This document shows positions 48,092-60,650 of a stretch of 64,000 bases of DNA, piece after piece. Both the position numbers and the translations under genes were made by a program. Numbering within the stretch: the first letter of the stretch is position 1; every line of letters begins with the position of its first letter. Under the pieces are notes generated by a model. The model did not search any database and was not told the origin of the DNA. It saw only the letters and a list, made by a program, of their open reading frames with translations. The DNA is from Bugula neritina (lineage: Eukaryota > Animalia > Bryozoa), in NCBI GenBank assembly GCA_964035545.1, contig OZ037772.1, positions 4,716,233 through 4,780,232 on the forward strand, written 5' to 3'.

Positions 48092-51000
48092 TTACATAAA
48101 CAAAAGGAAGCAGTTATATGAACACATAATACTAACTAAACCATAGTTAACATAAAGCTGTGGTGATATATCATAAAGAAGATCCAATCCCAATAGCTCC
48201 TGATACCAAATTAAAAACACATCAGCCTAAGTAAAATTACCCTTTCTATAGATCAGCGGTTCACACATGAGACACATTAATCATAAACTCACATATAGGT
48301 ATTAACTAAACATTTAAAAATAAACTACAACATGTACATGACAACAATATATTTTGTTCAGTACTACATTGGTGTCATGAACAAAAAAGAAGCGAACACA
48401 GAAATGGTCTAGAAAAAATATCAGTTTCATTAAAGTATAGTGTTTTATTGCTAGTCATAATAGCTTGCTAAAAAGTAATCTTGTTGCCGGATATACTTAG
48501 GTAAACGCTTGACTAGATATCTTGCTATTATGTGATATGCCTAATATAATTAAAGCAGACTTTAGTCCTTAGTGCCTATACACCCAAACCGAACTTGATC
48601 TGAATACTTTGTGCGCACTTTAAAAGTTGTGCAATACCATTAATTAGCCTCTATTGACATTAATAGGCTTATATATTGACATTGATAAGCGCATATAGAC
48701 TTTGAAAAGCGTTCATTGACATCAATTATTGCATACATTGGCACTAGTTTGTTATACCTGTTGCATTGTCATTAATATGAATATATAAACAGCCTAATGT
48801 GTCTATATTCACATAAACACCCATAAATTGTTAGTTACACACTCACCCAGCCACCGTGGTGCTCAATCCAATAGTCAATATACTTCACTCTGTACATATG
48901 AATCAAAGCAGTTACTAGATGAGGTAATAATCCAATATGTCTGTCTGCCATTTCCTGTAGAGTCACGCCCACTTCAGCAAGTATTAGAATTGGCTGTAAG
49001 GCACGAGAAAAAAAACTGAGATTTGTTTTCGCATTATAGAATATAATTATGAATATAGTATTCGAACACATCTCAGGCATGTCCGTTATAGTGATGAGCA
49101 GTGTAGGTGAAAAACGTATAATGTTCTCTTAGTAACTGATCTAGCATCTAGTGTATGGCCTACTGATAACTAGATATGTGTCTGATATATATTTAGTTAT
49201 CAAAATGAGAATTTGCTTTGCTACAATGCTTTAAATATTTAAGTGCTTGTAACACTGGTTTTGCTAAGAGTCTTACTTCAGAAAATCAGCTTGGCACAAA
49301 AGTTTTCTAATGTTTTGAGTTGCTTTTTTTGTTAAGTATTCAAAATTTATAGTTCAATATTCAAAAACTCACTGCAGCTACGTAGTTGCAATGTTTTATT
49401 GCTTTCCGTTGAAAGACGTTGCAGAACATTGTCTTTATGAAATGCTCTTTAACGGAGGACACGGTGACGCATACCTCCAGGGTATCAACTATCCCAGCAA
49501 CAATTCTACGCACTATATCTTTCACCTGGCAGTCTTCTCTACCTAATTCTAAAACATACAGACAATCCTTTACTAATCAGTGGCAAATCATCCGTTCTGA
49601 AAACATGTTATAATTGATGACGAAAAACTTGAACAAAACTTAAAATTTAAAAGAATTAACTGGAAATATGCATTTTATTTTTTTCTTTTAGACACTGCAA
49701 GTTGCTTTTTGCTATGCATACAGTGTTGAAAATTAAAAAGTAAAATTGTAGGGTATCACTGTATAATATTATGCAAACTAAAAGAACAAGTAATGAGAAA
49801 AATAAATATACCGAATATAGAGTATCAAATCACAAAACCACAAAATATTTCCAAATAATATATTTAACTGACGTAAACTAACAGAGTTACCTATCTCTTT
49901 GAAACCAGAGCCAATTGTTGTGTTCATCAAGTCTCTATAACCATCTAATGATGGGACAACAAGCATTTCATTACCTTCAATAGCTTGATTTTTCTTTAGC
50001 CTACCATAAGTAAAAGTAAACAAAAATACGTTTTCACAAATATCTTAAGTTTTATAAAAATTACATCATTTATAAAATGATCAATTTCAATTGAATCAGT
50101 TACATGTGTCTGTTTTTAAAAAAAAACATTGCCTTGTGTATAATCTTGTTTTTCATATAATATGGTAGGTTTAGTAATGTGACTTCATAGAACTCTACTG
50201 ATCAAAGCGGGCAAATCAGGAACTAAAATGACTTACATTATGACTCTTAAATCTATAGGTTACCTTTTAGGGGAAATAATGTTTGTTGGTTTATTGAAAT
50301 AAAAGCTAAGTTTGAGATTTTCAATGTGAATATGATAATCAGTTTTATTAAGTGTAAAATTCCAGCTCATATATATTAGGGTTATGTTTGTAATATATAT
50401 AGTTGACAAAATAGCAGCCAGCAAATGCTTGACCTTGAAAAACAAAACGTTTCTTTCAATCCAATTAAATATTATGGTTAGCTTTCCTAAATTCATAGAG
50501 TAGGTATATAGGGCAAGTAATAAATACATTCCAATCACCTGTATGTAACATAACCTTTGACTACATCTTCTGTTGTACAGACTACATTCTGAGTCTGAGG
50601 ACATTCTGGTATCTTCCTAACACTTGGTTTGTAATTTGCTTGTTCGTGGTCGCCTGATATGTTTTCTGGTACAAACACAAAAGGTGTATATTACTATAGA
50701 TCATGGATATATATTGTTTTATTCTCTTGATGTCTATTTATCTAGCAATTATTAGTGGATTAGTTTTCATCTTCAAATTGTTTTAATCAAGCACTATAGT
50801 TAGTCAAACAGGAAGTGACTAATATTTTCAAAAACAGAATAATAATTGATCAGCTAAAACATCAAGAAAAGGTAACTCCAAGTTTATATAAACTGCGTAA
50901 ATATTACAACATCCCCTCTTTAGTTTCAGGCTACAACAACCAAAAAAAAACACACAAAAGAAAAGGTTTGACAACAGTAATTAAATCAAGTGCAACTTAT

Positions 51001-54000
51001 ACTACAGGCGTGGATAATAAATTATGTACAATCAAAATCTGTTAAGTAGCGTGGCACTTTTCTGGTTCGCTCAGAACATCGTGCTGGGATATTAGTTAGC
51101 CTATATCAGCTCTGTTACGTATTAAAGGTCCAGTGTCAGTCATGACATTTGTTCGACGAGTAATATTATCTGAAGAAGAGGCAGCATAGCCTTCTCTTTG
51201 CATATCTCTCACCATCACATTGTCTCCTTTATTTACTGGCAAAAGAGGGCGCACTTTAGGATTTTTGTCATGATTTTCTTTCATTTTCTCTTTATACTGA
51301 TCGTTGCTCCTTTTGAATAAGTCATGGTCAGAGAGTTCAGGTTTAAGCTTATCCGGATGGATGGGTACAGTGGATCTCAATTTTCTACCCATTAACAATT
51401 CTGCTGGAGAGTATGAGCTAAACTGCGGTGAGGATCTATAGGCTAACAAAGCCAAATAAGGATCTTTCTCTTTTGCAAGCCTGCTTTTGATGGTCCTTAC
51501 TCCTCGCTCAGCTGCTCCATTCGCTCTGTGATAATGTGGACTGCTAGTCACATGGGTAAATCCATACTCGACCGAAAAATGTTTAAATTCTGCACTTGCA
51601 TATTGCGGGCCGTTATCTGACAATAGTATTTCAGGTATGCCATGTCGTGAAAAAATAGATTTTAGGTGTGTTATTACTTTACTTGAAGAAAAGTCAGAGT
51701 TTCCCAGCAAGGCAAGTTCAGGATACCTTGAATAATTATCAATAACCAGAAGGTATACTTGGCCTTTATAAGTCAACAAATCAGTGCTAAGGTGTTGCCA
51801 AGGTCTATCTGGAGTTGCAGAAGGACGTAATGGCTCTGTAATTTTAGCTGCATGGATTTTGCATTCAGCACAATTGCTGATCATAGCCTCAATAGCCTTT
51901 GACATAGAAGGCCACCACACGCTATCTCTAGCCCGTGCTTGACATTTTGTAATGCCCAAGTGTCCTCTATGTAAATCTTGCAACACCTGTTCTCTTTGAG
52001 CTAACGGTATTACCAAACGATTGCCAAGTGTCAAAAATCCTTTGTTTATTGTTAAAAGAGATCTTCTTTCAAAATAAGGCTTCAGAAGAACATCTTCAGT
52101 GGACAAATACCCTGGCCATCCATTTTCTACTAATTTGATTACTTTTGACAGTATTTCATCTTCATGCTGTTCTAAACGAAGCTGCTCCAACCTGCTATCA
52201 GATCCATGTTGGTAGATGTTATCAATATAAAGTTCAATTTCCATTTCTCTTGCTGCATCAATCTCGTTCGCTTCAGCAGTGTTATACCTGGAGAGAGCAT
52301 CAGCTGCAACATTCTTAGACCCCCTCACATGTCTGATAGTATACTGAAATCTTTGAAGTCTAAGTTTAAACCCTTGAATTCTTGGTGGAAGCCTGTCTAG
52401 AAAGATATTCCCAAACAAAGTAACTAGTGGACGGTGATCAGTTTCAATAACCACATTCTTCATACCTAGTATATATGGAGTAAACTTTTCCATAGCCCAA
52501 CAGACTGCTAAACTTTCTTTTTCTATGGCTGCATAACACTTTTCGGTCTCTGTTAAAGAACGACTTGCAGCAGATATCAAGCGCCGAGAGCCATCTTGTT
52601 GAATTTGACAGAGTGTTGCTCCTAGACCTGCATTGCTAGCATCTGTTGTGATTATGGTGTCTTTGTCTACATCATAGACTGCTAAAACTGGTGCATTTTG
52701 AAATATTTCTTTTATCCTCTTGAAGGAGTTTTCTTGTTTGCTGGACCAGTGCCATGGAACCTCTTTCTTCAACAGCATTCTAATTGGTTCACTCACAGCA
52801 GCGAATTCCTCGGAAAACTTAGCATACTGGTTAGCCATTCCAAGAAAACTTCGTACTGAAGTTACATTTTTCGGAGTAGGAAAATCTACTATTCCTTGAA
52901 CTCGAGGGCCAACATGTATACCAGACTGATCTATGACATAACCAAGAAAATTAACAGATGGTACTCCAAATTTACATTTGTCTTTATTGAGCGTAATGCC
53001 TGAAGCTTTAAGTTTTTCCAACACTATTTGCAATCTTGTGTCATGTTGCTCCTTGCTCTTACCAAAAACCAGAATGTCATCCATATGTATAACCACACCA
53101 TCAACATCCTTCAAAATATTGTTCATTTCAGCAACAAAAATCTCTGGAGCACTGCATAGGCCTTGAGGCAGTCGCAAATAGCGATATCGTCCAGAATGAG
53201 TCAGAAATGTTGTTAGTTTGCTAGATTCTTTGCTTAAAGGAATTTGCCAAAATCCACTGTTTGCATCAATCTTGGAAAAAATTTGTCCTTGTCCTAATTG
53301 AGCTAAGCTGCTATCTACTGTTGCCATGGGATGGAACTCTCTCAAAATATGCTTGTTTAACTCGGTATAATCTGTGCAAATTCTCACCTTGTTTTGGCCA
53401 GGTTTAGGAACTACTACCATAGGTGCCACCCATGGAGTAGGTTCATCAAATTTAACAATTACTCCATCTTCAATCATTTTCATCAATGCTTCATCTGCTA
53501 ACTTTCTTCTAGGAAAAGGTATGGGTCTGGGAACATGGATAGCAAATGGCTTAGCATCTCCTTTCAACGTAATGACATGCTCTGTATTTACTTTCCCCAA
53601 TCCTTGGAGCAGCTTCTCATCAACACACACATTCTCTATTTGGCATTGAGATGAATCCACAGAGATGAGGTTTAATTTCTCACATGCACTACGGCTAAGC
53701 AATGGTGTGGTTTGATCTTGAATAACATAAAGGTCTTCATTTATGCGCTCATTCTTTGATATTATCTGGCACTTTATTGTTCCTAAACATGTCAAAAGTG
53801 TCTGCCCTGGGCCGTACAATTTTTTGCTAGTTGAGATTAGCTCCCCTGAGATGTGATGTGGACCACATACACTAAGAGACGCACCAGTATCTAATTTAAA
53901 TTTGATCCTTTGTCCTTTGTGTTTGTTGATGCTTACTCTGAGATTGGTGTACCAGGATTGAGAATCTATAGAGTTAATGAGATGTGTCTCTTCTAAATAA

Positions 54001-55326
54001 AAATCTGTGTCACCCTTTTCTGGCTGTACTTCATTAACTCTATTCAAATTTCTACACACTCTGGCCCAATGGTTAAATTTATTGCATTTCGCACATTTAG
54101 TTCCATAAGCTGGACATCTCTGACTTTTGTAATGGCTTTTCCCACATTGTTCACATCGGTTCTTAGAATGTTTATCATAAGCAACTTCAGAAGGGATTCT
54201 TGACTTCCTATTATCGACATTTTGCACTCCGTTCACTTCCTCGGGTTTGAGGTCTGGTAGCGTCATCGCTTTAGGCCTTGTAGACTTCTCAGCTACTCTC
54301 AGTGACTTAATCACAAAGTCTAAACTTAGTTTTTCATCAACCTCTTTCATTAATTTTTCTCTTTCATTTGAATCATTAATTCCAAAAAGCAGTTTATCTC
54401 TTATCATTGAATCTCTTTGATTGCCAAATTCACAACCTTCCGCCAGCCTTCGCAACTTCATCAAGTATACATCAATTGTATCTCCACTTTGGCTACTGTT
54501 GTGAAATTGAAATCTATTCAGCACAATACTAGTGCGGGGATTACAGTACTCATGAAAACGCTTAATTACATCTTCTAGCTTTCTCCCATCAACCCCTTCT
54601 TCAATTTCAGTAATTTCTCAACTAACCTCTAGATTAAATTCCATTTGAGAATAAATTTCACGTACATCTTCACCACCACAATGTCTGAATAAGGCTAATT
54701 TCCTTTTTTCTGCGGCTCTTGAGTTAGCAGTTAGGTCTATTGCTAGCAAATAATCCTCAAATGACCTAATCCAACGCCGCCATTCTCCTGACAAATCTTC
54801 TGCCCTTAAATTCAATTGTCCAGGTGGTGAAATGCCTTCCATCTTTTAAACTAACCATCAAATTACGCTGCCACCATGTTTTATTCTCTTGATGTCTATT
54901 TATCTAGCAATTATTAGTGGATTAGTTTTCATCTTCAAATTGTTTTAATCAAGCACTATAGTTAGTCAAACAGGAAGTGACTAATATTTTCAAAAACAGA
55001 ATAATAATTGATCAGCTAAAACATCAAGAAAAGGTAACTCCAAGTTTACATAAACTGCGTAAATATTACAACATATATGAGTGTGAATAAAATGCATAAT
55101 GGGAATCAAATCGTATACCTGCTTTAGATTCAGAAGAGGAAACTATTTCAAGGCCGGCTTGATTTTCAGAAAGAGGATTTCCATTTTCATTCTGTTGATT
55201 CTCTTCAACATCTTCAACAACATCAGGTTTCATATCATTTTCTATTTTTTCAGCTTCCAAAGCTACATTTTGCTCACTGAGCTCTTTTCCTTCTATCTCT
55301 TTAGATCCACGCCTAGATTCAGACAT
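48092..55326 (-). CDS. Bcl-2 family protein A (divergent), 6 exons, about 290 aa
   Basis: Exons 55326-55119, 50665-50539, 50000-49891, 49548 (or 49542)-49373, 48993-48847, 48199-48092; intron phases 1,2,1,0,0. BH4-like TEDVVKGYVTYRLKKN is formed across a splice junction. BH3-like FKEIGRED, degenerate BH1 (CNYVAA), BH2 YWIEHHGGW followed by the family-typical phase-0 intron. Moderately hydrophobic tail. The terminal exons are the least certain. Confidence 0.75.
50715..50911 (-). repeat. 3' LTR (197 bp)
   Basis: tgttttattc...tattacaaca; adjacent polypurine tract aaagagggga (minus strand, 50921-50912). Confidence 0.95.
51096..54842 (-). CDS. Gag-Pol polyprotein in a single frame, interrupted by one in-frame TGA at 54618-54620
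   Basis: ORFs 54618-54842 and 51096-54524 are in the same frame. Two Zn knuckles (CEQCGKSH..C, CAKCNKFNHWARVC), protease LDTGA, RT HMDD, RNase H TDAS..E..TDH, integrase HRGH..CAEC and the D,D35E core. Confidence 0.95.
54866..54876 (-). promoter_or_regulatory. Primer binding site, tRNA-Leu-like
   Basis: TGGTGGCAGCG immediately after the 5' LTR, complementary to the 3' end (..CGCTGCCACCA) typical of animal tRNA-Leu. Confidence 0.8.
54877..55073 (-). repeat. 5' LTR (197 bp)
   Basis: Identical to 50715-50911 except c at 55049 vs t at 50887. Confidence 0.95.
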
Positions 55327-55516
55327 TTTTATGAATCAGTTTCAAAGCTTGAGATTAATTAATAATTTAAAATTCGAGTTTAAAGTTTTCAGACACCACA
55401 TACTCTAAATATTTGAATTACAGAAACAATTTAGAATATGCAATTTGTTCTATGAAAGCATTTCGTGGCAGTAAAAATTATTAAAAACCTAAAAAAAGAA
55501 TAAGCAATACTTAAAC

Positions 55517-58500
55517 ATGGGACCGTGCTCTGAAGTTATTGGTAATGTAAAAACTTTTTATTGGGTTTACAAGTGTTTTTTGTAGTTTTTAGTTTAAATT
55601 TTTTATTTATTCTATTTATCATGATGCTGATTCTTATTAAAATAATTCTTTTGATACAATGCATTAAAAGTGATTGATTTTTTTATGAAATTTTTGCTAA
55701 TTCTTATTTAATTAAAACTGAAATTGCTAAAAACATAAAAGTGATTGATACTTTAGAGAAAGCAGCGCTCACCTTGTCAGCTCTCTTCGCACTCATATAT
55801 TTATAATATTAAGTGGAAATTCTGTTTTAAACAGACTAGTAATTTGTATCTCACTTATCTTATCAATATATAATAGGCTATTTCTAATCAAAAGAACCAA
55901 CAATTAGGAGTATAAATCTTTTATTTACTGTACACTCATGCACTATTAACTTTTGATGAGATGTACAACAAAATTATCATGTTCGTGTCTAGGATATGAT
56001 CAATTAATTTTGATTCAATTTGTTTTTTCAACACTATTCAAATGTTATAGTTTTTCTTGCAGCTCATGGACAAATAGCATTAAAGCCAGCTTCCACTAAG
56101 CAAGTGATCTACTCGTTTGTGTCACTAGGGTAAGCAGTTAACACCACAGTTGCTCCGCCCCATCTCCTGATCTCTAATTTAGCCTTTGCTCTCAACTGAC
56201 CTTGCGGCCAGCTTTAGTTTTTAATTAATTTCAGGGCAAAGCCCAACTCGAGATAAGCAGCTTCAGGCGCAAATAAATCACTCGCTTAGCTTGATGTAAA
56301 GCCCAGGCTTTTTTCTAAACTTAATTGATGACTTCATGTGACTCCATGTACAAATCATATCTCCACGTTATACAGTGTCTGATTACCAGCGTAGACTAGA
56401 TAACAGCTATACAAACTGGTTATACTATACAGTAACAAATTACTTGCGACATGTTCAAATTTTCCTTGCAATCTTCAAGCCATGTTCTCAACTCATCGCT
56501 TTGAGTATCAAAGTATTTCCATTAAAGCAGATCTAAACCCTGCATGTTGTGGTAACTTTCAGTCTCCACGACAAGACCGTAGAGTTAGAGGTTCAGGTAA
56601 TTCTCATGGAAGATGTCTGCTTTGAAACACATTGCAACCACAGCTTTGTAGACACAGAGATATTCAGAAGCATTTTTGCAGATTATCAAAGTAAGTCTCA
56701 GAGTTAAAGTAATTGTAATTATTTGTTTTAATTGGTTGTAATTAACCACATTTTTACAAGTAATTGAATGTAATTTGTAATTTATGTATAAAAATATAAT
56801 TGTAATTAAAATTGTTATTAATTACATTGCTAATGTAATTGAATTTTACAACTATTTTATAATTACATAACAATTACTTTAAATTTTTAAATCTTATAAA
56901 ATTTATAATTTTTCTGCCTTGCCTACTGTTTAATAAATAATATAGATTAATTTAATTTATAACCCTATTCGTTACTGTTAAGAACAAGGAAGGTTTTCCG
57001 TTGTCAAAATTGTCCCTGGTAGTTGGACTCCAGAAAAGAAATTATATAACTTTTATTTGTTTTTTGTGAGAACAAAAGTAATTGTAATTGTAATTGATTA
57101 CATTACCATGTAATTGTAATTGTAGTTAATTACATTTATTTTAACTTTAATTATATAATTGTATTTGTAATCGAAAAATTATCATGCAATTGCAATTTAT
57201 TACGTTCATAAGTAATTTACCCGACCCTGTACTAAGTATCACTCTATATCTTCTTCTACATCAATATTATAGCCTAATAATCTCAGTAACATATTATATA
57301 TAGTAATATATACATAGCTGAATATCTCACATTATACTATGACATTTTGTATTACATATGAAACTCAGTAAAACATATTATTATGTGCATATCTTACAGA
57401 TATCTTGCTCTATATCACGCATATAACTATAATATTATGCACTATTATTTATGTGATGCCTATAACATCTTTATATGTGTAATATGCATGTATATGGACA
57501 ACCTATTTTTATATGATTTTACTTATGAGACAATATATTGTCTATAATTACAATGTAAGCGGCGTATACTATAATATACTACGTAAAACATCAAATGCAT
57601 AACATAAAGATACCAAGTAATGTACTATGTTACAACCTTCTCATGGCTATATAGTATTTATCTACAGGATTGTGTACACTGTTTCAGTTTTATTCATTGT
57701 TTTGTATTTATTGTCACATGTGCAGTAAAGTTATTGTTATCAATATTATAGTAATATATATATAGCCAGTGATGATATACATGGGGCATACTTGTTTACA
57801 ATATCTTTGCAGTAAAATTAATACAAAATGCTGAATATATTAAGGAGCTGCTATACTATAATAATTATGAGTGCATGAAACTCTTTATGAAATCAATTTT
57901 AAAATTGTTATTACCATAGAATTGTCATAAAACATTAAAATAAAAAATATTCAAACCTGTCAAAACATATAGCCACTCACAAACTATCTTCAGTTGCAAA
58001 GTACATATTAATTGATGATTGCTTTTTAAATAATAGTTTAATTCTATTTGCTAGTTGATATTCACTAATAATTACTGGTTAGCAAGTAAAAATTTTGATA
58101 GATGATTAAAAATGCTTTTTAAAGTACTAAAAAACAATTTTAGTGTATCATGCAGGATCACCAATATTTCTCTCTCAGATATAGTTTAATTTTATTTACT
58201 GATAAGTAACTATAATTATTACTAACCAATTAAACTATTTTAAGACAATTTATATGTTTATTATCAAGTAATGTGCAACCCCAACTTCGATTCCCCACAG
58301 AACTATAACAAATAATTATCCAAATGCAGATAAATTTGAGAAGTTGGAGCAGTTCCAAGAAGTGGTGCAACGAGTACGCGAGATTTTCAGGTACGACCCA
58401 GAGTCTGAAGACAAGAGTGAGTTCCGGCAGAAGTTCCTCAATGAGACAGAGGATCTGTGTAGCAAAGTATGTGGCGGATGGAAAGGGCCATTCCTGGTAG

Positions 58501-60650
58501 GTGTAGAATACAACTCAACTTCTTGCTGCTCTTGAACTTGTGATTCTGTCTTTCTGTTTGCCTCTTTGCTTGTGCAAGTTGTTGCATGATACCGCAGAAG
58601 GCGCAGATACTCTGTATAATTCTATTATCTATACACTGTTGACCCACTGCAGATGCTGTGTGTACTTCTATTGTCTATACACTGTTGACCCACTGCAGAT
58701 GCTGTGTATACTTCTATTGTCTATACACTGTTGATCTACTGCAGATACTGTGTATACTTCTATTGTCTATAAACTGTTGACCCACTGCATATACTCTGTA
58801 TACTTCTATTATCTATACACTGTTGATCTACTGCAGATGCTGTGTATACTTCTATTGTCTATACACTGTTGATCTACTGCAGATACTGTGTATACTTCTA
58901 TTGTCTATAAACTGTTGACCCACTGCATATACTCTGTATACTTCTATTGTCTATACACTGTTGATCTACTGCAGATGCTGTGTATACTTCTAATGTCTAT
59001 ACACTGTTGATCTACTGCAGATGCTGTGAATACTTCTATTGTCTATACACTGTTGACCCACTGCAGATGCTGTGTATACTTCTATTGTCTATACACTGTT
59101 GATCTACTGCAGATGCTGTGTATACTTCTATTGTCTATAAACTGTTGACCCACTGCAGATGCTGTGTATACTTCTATTGTCTATACACTGTTGATTTACT
59201 GCAGATGCTGTGTATACTTCTATTGTCTATACACTGTTGATCTACTGCAGATGCTGTGTGTACTTCTATTGTCTATACACTGTTGATCTACTGCAGATGC
59301 TGTGTATACTTCTATTGTCTATACACTGTTGATCTACTGCAGATGCTGTGTATACTTCTATTGTCTATACACTGTTGATCTACTGCAGATGCTGTGTATA
59401 GTTCTATTGTCTATAAACTGTTGACCCACTGCAGATGCTGTGTATACTTCTATTGTCTGTACACTGTTGGTCCATTGCAGATGCTGTGTATACTAGAGAA
59501 AGTAGTGGCCGAGTTGACCCAAGACTCCTCAGAAGATCAGAGACACTTGTGGATCCTCGACTGTGTTTACTGGATGGTTGAGTCATTCAGAGTCAGTCTG
59601 CTTGATGATTGGATCCAGAAACATGGCGGATGGGTATGTATGCTTTCTTTCCACAATTACAAAACTTCAGCATATGATTTACATGTATGTCCTTTTATCA
59701 CTTTCTTTCTTTTTAAATCGTTTATGGTATTCTTAAAACGCTCAACTAGCTCGGTCATTTCCCTAACCTGTTTATGGTTAATGAAACTAAATATTTGTTG
59801 CAGAGCCAACATATAGTGAGAATTTCCAAAAAATTAATTACCAAAAGTCACAATAACGTTTTCAAAGTAGTAAACACAATGCACAAAAAGTGGTAAATGT
59901 ACTATAGCTTGTACCCTAAGAAGTAGAATTTAAAGTAAACCGGTTAATTTTCTTAAAGTTCATTCATTTTTTTTAGATTGATAAATTGCGTGGTTCTTAG
60001 GCTATCTATTGAACACATTTAGGTTTTTCCAACATTGCTAATGACACCTAAGTATCTCACAGAATGCTGATCTCAGAAGCTTTGATTACAAATATCAAAT
60101 TATTGAAATCTTCATATAAAACACATTTATTAATCAGTCATGAGTGTCAAAAAGGTACATGTCAAGGCATCTTATAGATGAAACTAACATAGGTTTATAG
60201 TCGCCACCTCTGTGAGAACCCTGAAGAAGAGTTTTTTAAAACAGACTAAGGACTTATTCATATGTGACACGAGAACAATTATGATCGGATGCTTTTTTTC
60301 ACATTACTGATAGCTTTGTCAGGGTTTGAACCCATGACTTCATGTTCACAAAGCAAACACTTTAACCCGTAAACCACGGCATCTTATAGATAAACATAGC
60401 TTTAATTACATATTCATGTAGCTTAAAATTAAGTTGTCAAACAATATTTATTATGTACCATCTCTCATTAAAAAAGAAATTTTGCGATACTTTTTGTTTA
60501 ATTGTTGAAGAATTAACTAAAAGTTTTATTTTTTGTTTTTAGGAGTCTATTGCTGTGCAAAAGACTATCCATGAGCCGCACGTAGGAGATGGAGAGACTA
60601 AAGAGCTCAATAGTTTGATAACTGAAGTATGGGAAGACATTGAGCTCTAA
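55517..60650 (+). CDS. Bcl-2 family protein B (divergent, no TM anchor), 6 exons, about 215 aa
   Basis: Exons 55517-55541, 56063-56129, 56563-56690, 58330-58496, 59481-59633, 60543-60650; phases 1,2,1,0,0, identical to gene A. BH4-like STKQVIYSFVSLGLHDK, BH3-position FRSIFADYQNKF, BH1-position CGGWKGPFL, BH2 DWIQKHGGW|E. Exon 1 and the 58330 acceptor are less certain. Confidence 0.75.
56699..57229. mobile_element. Probable non-autonomous DNA element with many GTAATT subterminal repeats
   Basis: Starts cagagtt, ends acccgaccctg, with dense gtaatt/aattac motifs at both ends; no clean TSD found. Confidence 0.5.
58601..59494 (+). repeat. 46-bp minisatellite, about 19-20 units, each containing the intron-4 splice acceptor and the first bases of exon 5
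   Basis: Unit atgctgtgtatacttctattgtctatacactgttgatctactgcag; CAG ends at 58606+46k, the last at 59480 being the in-frame acceptor of the BH2 exon. Confidence 0.95.
60180..60380 (-). mobile_element. tRNA-derived SINE with an approximately 14-bp TSD, in intron 5 of Bcl-2-like gene B
   Basis: Reverse complement gccgtggtttacgggttaaagtgtttgctttgtgaac..gtcatgggttcaaaccc, same family as 17799. Direct repeat ggcatcttatagat at 60166-60179 and 60378-60391. Confidence 0.85.

Larger units (their letters stand above)
50715..55073 (-). mobile_element. Full-length Ty3/Gypsy LTR retrotransposon (Mag-like), 4359 bp
   Basis: Two 197-bp TG...CA LTRs with 1 mismatch, 5-bp TSD tatat (50710-50714, 55074-55078), PBS, PPT, and gag-PR-RT-RH-IN domain order. 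Confidence 0.97.

Noticed and set aside
52206-53649. Plus-strand ORFs inside the retrotransposon; likewise antisense or alternate-frame ORFs over the sulfotransferase, Sushi and Bcl-2 exons
   Set aside because: Shadows of real coding sequence on the other strand or frame.
58301-58329. Stronger-looking acceptor ccccacAG at 58300 for Bcl-2-like gene B exon 4
   Set aside because: Needs a phase-2 upstream donor, but the upstream exon ends in phase 1. The 58330 acceptor keeps frame and matches the paralogs' phase. An unseen micro-exon cannot be excluded.
58601-59494. Regular 46-bp periodicity as a possible CRISPR array (also the 26-bp arrays)
   Set aside because: Units are contiguous with no unique spacers, there are no cas genes, and the context is a eukaryotic intron.
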